A stretch of DNA of 14,644 nucleotides, from positions 1-14,644 of the forward strand of contig JAYUEN010000258.1 of the NCBI GenBank assembly GCA_043739185.1. Direction: 5' to 3'. The position numbers and the translations under genes are program-made. Of the stretch, positions 1-6,436 are shown in pieces (position 1 is the first letter of the stretch; each line of letters begins with the position of its first letter). This DNA comes from Bdellovibrionales bacterium. Lineage in GTDB: Bacteria > Bdellovibrionota > Bdellovibrionia > Bdellovibrionales > JAMPXM01. The notes below the pieces were generated by a model, which was not told the DNA's origin, ran no database searches, and saw only the letters and a program-made list of their open reading frames with translations.

Positions 1-22
1 AAATTAAATAACTTGAAAACAG

Positions 23-45
23 AAAAAAACTCAGCTAAGACTGAA
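23..45 (-). terminator. Possible weak intrinsic terminator
   Basis: The minus strand reads TCAG-TCTTAG-CTGA-G-TTTTTTT: a 4 bp stem (plus one U.G pair) followed by 7 U, just after the carA stop. The stem is very weak. Confidence 0.2.
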
Positions 46-67
46 GACCTTAAGCAAACTTGCTAAG

Positions 68-631
68 TCAATACGACAACAAGCCTGAAACTTTCCGCAA
101 ATGACGAACCGGAGTCGAAACTTTAGGTAAGACATTAATATTATTGGGATCAAAAAACTCCCCTTCGTGAAGTGGAGATTTTCCTTTCGGATCCTGGGGT
201 TCAAGTCTACCAAATAATCCTTGCGCACTACGAATTTGATGCACAAGACTGCGAGTATCTACGCCCACAATTCCGGGCACCCCTTCAGCCTCCAACCACT
301 TCGAAAGACTCTGAACACTCTGCCAGTGAAAGGCGTCTGGGCTATTAGTAGAAATCACGACCCCATTGACATGAACTCGTCGACTTTCAAAGCCGGCAGT
401 TAACAGTCCCTTAATATCTTCTGTCATTTTTGGAATGCCATAATTTCCAATGAGCGGATATGAAAATACCAGAATTTGTCCATAATAAGACGGATCAGTC
501 AGCGATTCACTATAACCGACCATTCCAGTGTTAAAAACTAGATCGCCACTTGAAATAATTGGATGACCAATTAATTTTCCTTTAATTTTCTCACCAGTTG
601 AAAGGACAAGAGTACAACTTTGCTGCGCCAT
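68..631 (-). CDS. carA: Carbamoyl-phosphate synthase small subunit, N-terminal domain only (truncated or frameshifted before the glutaminase domain)
   Basis: Motifs LVLSTG, GDLVFNTGMVGYSESLTDPSYYGQILVFSYPLIGNYG, SLSKWL..EGVPGIVGVDTRSLVHQIR and the linker VST match the CPSase small-chain N-terminal domain. AGGA lies at 641-644, 9 nt before the ATG. The frame stops at 187 aa, while CarA is normally about twice that length. No SNGPG or GICLG glutaminase motif is present. Confidence 0.9.
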   Translation of the reverse strand: MAQQSCTLVLSTGEKIKGKLIGHPIISSGDLVFNTGMVGYSESLTDPSYYGQILVFSYPLIGNYGIPKMTEDIKGLLTAGFESRRVHVNGVVISTNSPDAFHWQSVQSLSKWLEAEGVPGIVGVDTRSLVHQIRSAQGLFGRLEPQDPKGKSPLHEGEFFDPNNINVLPKVSTPVRHLRKVSGLLSY

Positions 632-677
632 TGAAGAACTTCCTATATTTTATTGCCGAAATAAAGCACTCAATTTT

Positions 678-2453
678 TCAAGGTTTCTCTACAACATAAT
701 TTCCGACAACAAGTGCATCAAGTCCCGAAGTTGCGAATACTGCCATTACATCCTCTATTGAATGAGAAATTGGCTTTCCCATCACGTTGTAACTCGTATT
801 TAGAATTAGTGGGATTCCGGTAATTGCTTTAAATTCACTAATAAGATTGAAATATCTTTCATTCCATTCTTTTTTTACTGTCTGCAATCTTCCTGTTCCG
901 TCGAGATGAAAGACCGCTGGAACTTTCTTTCTTGCCGATTCTTTGAATCGAAGTGTTCTTTCCATATAGGGGGACTCTTGATAGTGTTCAAAATACTCGT
1001 CCCCATATTCATGAAGAATCGAGGGGGCAAATGGTCTAAACTCTTCACGGAATTTTACTTTGGCATTAATTTTTTCTTTCATTTCTTCAGAACGTGGATC
1101 AGCTAAAATTGATCGGTTGCCTAGGGCGCGAGGACCAAACTCAGCACGTCCCTGAATCCATCCAATAATTTTACCTGCTGCTAAAAGTTTTGCTCCAGCT
1201 TGAGCTACTTCCGAATCCGAATACTTTTTAGTTTTATATCCACAGTATAACATTGCACGATCAAGATCTTCATCCTCAATGATTGAACCCAAGTAGGGAG
1301 AATGAATTTTATTGGGATGTGAAGCTTTGGGATTATCCTCGTAAAAGGCCAGAACCGCAGCCCCGATGGCATTGCCGTCGTCGGCGGGTGCCGATGGGCA
1401 GAAAAGTGCTTTGAATTTAGTTTGATCTAGAATTTTACCATTCCAAGATGAATTGAGCGAACACCCGCCCCCTACAATTAAATTCTCAGACAAATTTAAC
1501 TTGTATAAATTGTTCAGCAATTGTTCCGCCCGGTCACAATAAAAAAGTTGACCCGTGTATGCCAAATCTTTCGCTTCGATTGGAGGCGAACCCTTTTTTC
1601 TTCCGTACTTTGTAATCAATTCAAAGGTCGCAGCTGTTGCATTTTCTGGTCTTACTAAATCAAGACCTTCAACTCTGACCATTTCACTCATCACTTTATA
1701 AATTTCATCATTTTTTTTGCCATAAGGAGCAAGACCCATTACCTTCCACTCATCACCAGCCATCGGATCGAAACCACAAGCTTGACAAACAGCCATATAA
1801 AAAAATCCAAGACTAACCTGTACACTTCTTGGCGTTGGTGGGCCGCTGATTTTCTCGACTTTCCCACCCTCTTTGAAGTGGTAAAATTTATAACTCGAAT
1901 CCTCACCGAAACCATCGATAATGGCGCAGACAGCCTCCTTCATTCCACTTGTATGGTAAGATGTCATCGCATGGGTTAGGTGATGATCGTAGGATTTCGT
2001 AGTCACATTACGACCTACTTTTCCAAGCACTGGAAATCCATAGTTTGTGGTAATTGTATCGCCGGTGTATCGAATGGTTTTCGATACGTTTCTCATTAAC
2101 TGAATACGACCATGGTTCACGTTCTTTTCATAAAGTTCTACTGAGCTATTTGATTTAGCGTCGGCTTGTACTTCATTTATCTTCACTTCGATATTCGAAA
2201 TTCTCTTCTCTATATCGCGAATAGCAACGTCACTCCATGTCTTGGCTAAAACCAAATCCGCGCCGGGTTCGCAATAGTTCTCAATAATATTATTAATTTC
2301 AAATGATATTTCAGGGGAGAGCCACAATGATCTCTTAAATTGAAAATATCGTTCAGATGCTTCAGCAAATACGATTTCTCCCTTACTATTTACTATTGCA
2401 ATCGCATTGTCGTGGCCCGTACAAGAAAGCCCAATATAATTTCGTTTCATCAA
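678..2453 (-). CDS. O-carbamoyltransferase, CmcH/NodU/TobZ family (Kae1-like N-domain plus YrdC-like C-domain)
   Basis: Family motifs: GHDNAIA, EASER, DHHLTHA, IDGFGE, SLGFFY, KVMGLAPYG, GGCSLN, DDGNAIG, GRAEFGPRALGNRSILADP, KFREEFRPFAPS, HLDGTGRLQTV, LNTSYN. The 591 aa length is typical. The true start may be the ATG at 2450 rather than the TTG at 2453. Confidence 0.95.
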   Translation of the reverse strand: MMKRNYIGLSCTGHDNAIAIVNSKGEIVFAEASERYFQFKRSLWLSPEISFEINNIIENYCEPGADLVLAKTWSDVAIRDIEKRISNIEVKINEVQADAKSNSSVELYEKNVNHGRIQLMRNVSKTIRYTGDTITTNYGFPVLGKVGRNVTTKSYDHHLTHAMTSYHTSGMKEAVCAIIDGFGEDSSYKFYHFKEGGKVEKISGPPTPRSVQVSLGFFYMAVCQACGFDPMAGDEWKVMGLAPYGKKNDEIYKVMSEMVRVEGLDLVRPENATAATFELITKYGRKKGSPPIEAKDLAYTGQLFYCDRAEQLLNNLYKLNLSENLIVGGGCSLNSSWNGKILDQTKFKALFCPSAPADDGNAIGAAVLAFYEDNPKASHPNKIHSPYLGSIIEDEDLDRAMLYCGYKTKKYSDSEVAQAGAKLLAAGKIIGWIQGRAEFGPRALGNRSILADPRSEEMKEKINAKVKFREEFRPFAPSILHEYGDEYFEHYQESPYMERTLRFKESARKKVPAVFHLDGTGRLQTVKKEWNERYFNLISEFKAITGIPLILNTSYNVMGKPISHSIEDVMAVFATSGLDALVVGNYVVEKP

Positions 2454-2459
2454 AAATTA

Positions 2460-2482
2460 CGAACCGAATCTGGTTCGCCTCC
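2460..2482 (-). promoter_or_regulatory. Shine-Dalgarno (GGAGG) followed directly by a 6 bp hairpin in the carbamoyltransferase 5' leader
   Basis: The mRNA reads GGAGG-CGAACC-AGAUUC-GGUUCG-UAAUUUUUG-AUG. GGAGG is at 2478-2482 and the stem arms are at 2472-2477 and 2460-2465. Confidence 0.5.
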
Positions 2483-2515
2483 GTCTTAGAATTTTTACTA
2501 ATTGTCTTTAGTTTG

Positions 2516-2544
2516 AGACTAACGATCCTTCAAAAGACTGTCAA
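2516..2544 (-). promoter_or_regulatory. Sigma70-type promoter for the carbamoyltransferase-carA unit
   Basis: Minus strand: perfect -35 TTGACA (2544-2539), 17 bp spacer, -10 TAGTCT (2521-2516, matching TAnnnT). It sits about 65 nt upstream of the start codon and in the correct orientation. Confidence 0.6.
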
Positions 2545-2855
2545 CACAAGAGCACGATCAAGACTTCTGGCCCCGGACTGCTTGCAAAAATTTAATTCAA
2601 CATCGAAGCACTTTTGAGCTGGATTTAAGTCAAGCTAAATGCGGTCCACAGTCGAACGGATTCAACATTATCCCAACCTGGCTCTTCGAACCAAGTATTT
2701 CACCATTTTCGATCAAGCAAAGTGTAAACTGTCTCGATTTGCATCTGATCCAACTCGACACAATCACCAATTTTTTTACAACTCAAAATTGAAGACGCGC
2801 TCTTGAATCATCCCTGCTTTAATTTTTTGTAACTGAGTTAAAGTACAAAACCAAG

Positions 2856-2884
2856 CTTATCAGCAGGACCTGCCTTATGATAAG
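2856..2884. other. Bulged inverted repeat downstream of the 160 aa ORF, possible terminator
   Basis: CTTATCA-GCAG-GAC-CTGC-(CTTA)-TGATAAG. It is followed on the minus strand by CTTGGTTTTG, a poor U tract. Confidence 0.2.
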
Positions 2885-2906
2885 AGCCCCGCATCTGGAG
2901 CATTGG

Positions 2907-3389
2907 TTAGAAAACCAAAATGGCACTATGTGCCGATTGCGAGTTGCTGAATGGCACGGGAATTCTTGCCATCAAAATCAAATCCTTATCCTTAAATTGT
3001 GCCGCTTGGTATGCTTTGAGCTTATGTTTCTTTCTCTTATAGATTTCTTTAATGTATTTTCGTTCGATCACTTCGATTTGCTTGATTGTTTTAAATTCGT
3101 TTGGAATCTCCCCCGAAAAATCGGCCCACTTTCCTAAAGCATGCTTTTCAATTAAATGAAGACGTGCTTGTTCTTCTAGACCATCGGGATAAATATCAAA
3201 GATAACTTCTTGGGCTTCTAAATTATTCCACCGGGTCTTAATCGTTTTTCCAGATTCATTGCGGACTTCACTTGCTGGGAACATGGCCTGACTAAATAGT
3301 AAATTGTCAGATTGGCTTTTCCCTCTCAGCCGATCAATTGCTTCTGGGAGAACCTCGCCGTTTTTGCTGCACGGCGGCCTTCTAGTCAA
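2907..3389 (-). CDS. Hypothetical protein, possibly a 5'-truncated remnant
   Basis: 160 aa ORF with protein-like charged composition, co-oriented with its neighbours. It has a TTG start without a clear SD. The frame stays open upstream to a TAA at 3419-3417. No family recognised. Confidence 0.45.
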   Translation of the reverse strand: MTRRPPCSKNGEVLPEAIDRLRGKSQSDNLLFSQAMFPASEVRNESGKTIKTRWNNLEAQEVIFDIYPDGLEEQARLHLIEKHALGKWADFSGEIPNEFKTIKQIEVIERKYIKEIYKRKKHKLKAYQAAQFKDKDLILMARIPVPFSNSQSAHSAILVF

Positions 3390-3408
3390 TTTTAATTTCT
3401 CTTTGATA

Positions 3409-3594
3409 TTGAAAACTTACTTCTCTTTGGTCTTGTTTTCGACCTCGAGTTTTGTATGTGAAGCATTCGCGGCAAATTGCATTGAAAGTCTCACACAAAT
3501 TCAAAGAGATAGTGGACCGATAACGAGAGGCTTGGTGGACAGGGACTTGAACTTGCGAATGCCAAATACTATCCGAACTCCACATGATGTTTGA
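3409..3594 (+). CDS. Possible small secreted protein or remnant (61 aa)
   Basis: From the TTG at 3409 it reads MKTYFSLVLFSTSSFVCEAFA/ANCIESL..., which resembles a Sec signal peptide with an AxA cleavage site. There is no SD, and it would start only 20 nt from the divergent ORF at 3389. Confidence 0.2.
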   Translation: MKTYFSLVLFSTSSFVCEAFAANCIESLTQIQRDSGPITRGLVDRDLNLRMPNTIRTPHDV

Positions 3595-3818
3595 CGAAGC
3601 CTCGCAAAATACTTTTGTCCGAAGAGCCCACTGACTTTTAATAAACATAATGACTGCGAAAAAAACTAAAAAAAATCCATTCAGGCAACTGAAAATATAA
3701 AATAACGATCAAAACGCGTCACTACAGATTTGATTGAAAATCACCATGTCCACATTCTACTTTCGATAAATTCGAGCTCAGGCACTTATCTATATTTTGA
3801 CTGTCGAGCTTGCAACCC

Positions 3819-5150
3819 TCATTTAAATTTAGAAAAAATCTCAGTCAATTGGAGGTCTTTGGTGCCAGATTCTTTTACTAGCGATTCAAAAAAGGTCGGC
3901 AGAAATTTTTTCAATTTCTCTGAAAATTCTCGTTTACTTTCATTGTCGCCAGGGGCCCGAATAACGACTTGCATTCCGCTCCCGGTGTCGACAAATAGAT
4001 AATATCCTTCAACCTGAGAACTTACCCGACCAGTGTCACTCTTAAAATATGCGTCAGAATTTACCACAATTTCTAAGGTTTCACTTTTTATGGTTTCAGG
4101 CTTTGGAATGAAGTTAAATCGAGCATTGCAAAGACTGTCACTATACTTATGTGTTGGTGGATATTCATTTTCCATACTCATCATTAGCTCATCGTTTACT
4201 CGATTGAGTAGGTCGAAAAAACTTGGATTTTCAGATATATCCACTTTCAAAGGGCAAGTACTCGAAAACTCGCCAATCATCTTCCACAATCGTTTATCTG
4301 ACCTGCCAAAATTTAGCATTTCTATATAAGAAGAATTCTTTTTGAGTCGATCAGCGAGTAGCATACCTATTGTGCCTAAAAGGACACTGCTAAATAACAA
4401 TCCATTTTCACTGCAAAAAACCTTTAACGAATTAAATACAGAAAGTGGAACTTCAGCCAAATAAATTTTAGCCTTTACAATTTCTTTTTTAGTTTCAGGT
4501 CCGCTTTCTGCTTCTGAAATTACCCCCTGCCAATACTCAAGTGACTCATCGAGCTCGCCTTCAGCTATCCTATTTCGAAAATCAATCGAGTAGGTTCCAT
4601 ATTGATATTCAGGAACCTCTTTAGAATCTACTCCATTTTTAATCAAAGAGTCATAATTCCGGACGACTTCTTCTACAAAACAGTAGAGTCCCCTCGCATC
4701 ATTAATTGAATGGTGCATGCCAAAAATAAAAATAAATCTACTTTCAGATTCTTTAAAAAGATTCAATTTCCAAAGAGGGGCCCGATAGTTTGGCAAACCC
4801 AGAACAAAGGACTCCGCAAAAACCCTAGCATATACTTCTTCTCGAGCTGCTGCGTCCAAATCAGAATGATCAGTACATGGTAAATCAAACTGAATTTCAG
4901 AATGAATTTCTTGAAAATAGACACCATCTTTTAAAGTATAGGATGTCCGTAAGACTTCATTTTCATGCACTGTCTTGCTGATGCTATTATTAAAAACATC
5001 AAGGCTTAAGGGGCCGTTTATTTCAACTCGAAATCCTAAGCTGTAAGTAGTTCCCTTGTTGCGAAGTTTACTGTCTGCAACTAACCAAATATCTTGCTGG
5101 GGAGAAGTTGTAACAAATTTGGAGGAGTTTAAACTCAAATTTTCTGCCAT
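3819..5150 (-). CDS. Stand-alone NRPS-type condensation domain protein
   Basis: C-domain core motifs appear in order: TSPQQDIW (C1), ENEVLRTSY (C2), APLWKLNL, MHHSINDARG (C3, HHxxxD), QYGTYS and YW (C4 region), IGEFSSTCPLKV (C5). At 443 aa it is one C domain with no A or PCP domain. GAGG lies at 5155-5158. Confidence 0.88.
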   Translation of the reverse strand: MAENLSLNSSKFVTTSPQQDIWLVADSKLRNKGTTYSLGFRVEINGPLSLDVFNNSISKTVHENEVLRTSYTLKDGVYFQEIHSEIQFDLPCTDHSDLDAAAREEVYARVFAESFVLGLPNYRAPLWKLNLFKESESRFIFIFGMHHSINDARGLYCFVEEVVRNYDSLIKNGVDSKEVPEYQYGTYSIDFRNRIAEGELDESLEYWQGVISEAESGPETKKEIVKAKIYLAEVPLSVFNSLKVFCSENGLLFSSVLLGTIGMLLADRLKKNSSYIEMLNFGRSDKRLWKMIGEFSSTCPLKVDISENPSFFDLLNRVNDELMMSMENEYPPTHKYSDSLCNARFNFIPKPETIKSETLEIVVNSDAYFKSDTGRVSSQVEGYYLFVDTGSGMQVVIRAPGDNESKREFSEKLKKFLPTFFESLVKESGTKDLQLTEIFSKFK

Positions 5151-5203
5151 AGAACCTCACTAACAAAAAAAGCACAAATTAGATTTAATTTTCTTTTATT
5201 TCT

Positions 5204-6289
5204 TTACACTTCAGCGGCCGAAAGCTTTTCTTCAATTTGTACCTCAACACCAATGTTTGCCAAGGTCTCCTGGGCGGGAAGAACGTCCCCCGGGCCCCAA
5301 ACTCCAGGTCGAGCAATGAAATTGTCTGACAAAAAATATTTCACTGACTCTAAAATCATCAGCGCAGTAATAAAATAAGGATCACAAGAAAACATCGTTG
5401 CTTTTGAGGTTTCACCAGCCTCATTCGTTGCTATGACTGAAACCCAACAAGTTTGCTCTTTACGTTCCTCTTCAGTTGGCCCTTCAAAACTCTTCGAAGA
5501 ATGTTTTTTTAAAATCAATTCGATCGGGACTGGAGGTGCGGTCGAATATCCAAGGTACATTTTGGCATCTTCTTCGGGATAAACGAAATAGCTGATTGAT
5601 TTTTGCAATTTATATCGACGCGTGAAAAAACTTATTTCGGGATAGGGCAAGTAATAAGCAGTTTGAGATTCTCCTCGAATTTGAAATTCACGTGAAACCG
5701 AAAATGGTGGACTATCTTGCTTTGCTCCCCCCTCAAGAAACCAGCGCTTTTGATATCTTCCTAAGTCCATTGTGAAATAGGTCCCTGGAGAAGCTTTACC
5801 TTCGTTCACATAATAAACTGAAGAAACTTCGGAGAAAGATTCTCCGGGCATACAAATAAGTGTTGAAAGAAGGTCCGCATAGGCCGACTCAAAAGAAACA
5901 GAGTGAATAATTTGGGCGCCACTCTTTAAAGCCGCTTCGTGATTTTCAGTAATGGACCAATCTACAAAGGCTTCTTCACCAGTCAAATCTATGTAAATAG
6001 CACAAGATCGCGCAGCAAGTGTTTTAACCAATGTTTTACAAAATTGAAAGTATGGACCCACGCAATTGATCAGAATTGGCGAATCCGCCAATAGACTAGT
6101 CACTTGACTCTCATCACTAATGTCGACAACTTGGCAAGCTATCGTCATCTCATTTTTCGCTTTAAATTCTTCTAATTTTTCTAAATTGCGACCCGCAATG
6201 GTGAATTTTATTTGATTCTCTTTTAAAAGCTTCGCAATCATTTCGCCGGTATACCCGGTGGCACCCAAAAGAATAACTTTTCGTTGCAT
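5204..6289 (-). CDS. Saccharopine dehydrogenase-like NAD(P)-binding oxidoreductase (trans-acting enoyl reductase family)
   Basis: Rossmann motif LLGATGYTG, then IAGRNLEKL, LINCVGPY, YIDLTGE, SFES (GFDS-like) and a C-terminal PGV. AAGGA lies at 6296-6300, 6 nt before the ATG. Confidence 0.85.
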   Translation of the reverse strand: MQRKVILLGATGYTGEMIAKLLKENQIKFTIAGRNLEKLEEFKAKNEMTIACQVVDISDESQVTSLLADSPILINCVGPYFQFCKTLVKTLAARSCAIYIDLTGEEAFVDWSITENHEAALKSGAQIIHSVSFESAYADLLSTLICMPGESFSEVSSVYYVNEGKASPGTYFTMDLGRYQKRWFLEGGAKQDSPPFSVSREFQIRGESQTAYYLPYPEISFFTRRYKLQKSISYFVYPEEDAKMYLGYSTAPPVPIELILKKHSSKSFEGPTEEERKEQTCWVSVIATNEAGETSKATMFSCDPYFITALMILESVKYFLSDNFIARPGVWGPGDVLPAQETLANIGVEVQIEEKLSAAEV

Positions 6290-6353
6290 GCAAATTCCTT
6301 GGTCGTTTAATGGTAGGTACTAAATAGTAGTCCAATTTATTTAGACACTCGTT

Positions 6354-6382
6354 AGGCTATAATTTGCACCGTTCAAAATCAA
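6354..6382 (-). promoter_or_regulatory. Possible internal sigma70-like promoter for the reductase and C-domain genes
   Basis: TTGATT (6382-6377), 17 bp spacer, TAGCCT (6359-6354), within the 147 nt gap after the PKS stop. It could be a chance match in AT-rich DNA. Confidence 0.25.
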
Positions 6383-6436
6383 CCTGTATTAACCTACCCT
6401 TTTCTTACTGGACCAAGATCAGTAAAGCGAAATCAA

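Noticed and set aside
31..246. 71 aa minus-strand ORF overlapping carA
   Set aside because: It is an alternative frame of carA. Only its last residues could matter, as a frameshifted continuation.
678..2453. HypF or TsaD/Kae1 identity
   Set aside because: There is no acylphosphatase or Zn-finger region. The Kae1-then-YrdC order with EFGPRALGNRS and RPFAP is diagnostic of the CmcH/NodU family.
2952..2969. Sigma54-like TGGCACG...TTGC
   Set aside because: The spacing between the -24 and -12 elements is 7 nt instead of 4, and it lies antisense inside an ORF.
3382..3648. 88 aa minus-strand ORF overlapping the start of the 160 aa ORF
   Set aside because: It has an ATG and an operon-like overlap, but no SD, no motif and an unremarkable S/Q/C-rich composition. 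It cannot be supported or excluded from sequence alone.
3819..5150. C-domain gene as a separately acquired low-GC island
   Set aside because: Sampled lines are only slightly more AT-rich than the PKS and overlap its range. A proper GC and codon-usage computation would be needed.
5204..6289. Lysine-pathway saccharopine dehydrogenase or carboxynorspermidine/homospermidine synthase
   Set aside because: The GATGYTG, NCVGPY and DLTGE pattern fits the SCCPDH/Rv2953-like branch, and no amino-acid or polyamine genes are nearby.
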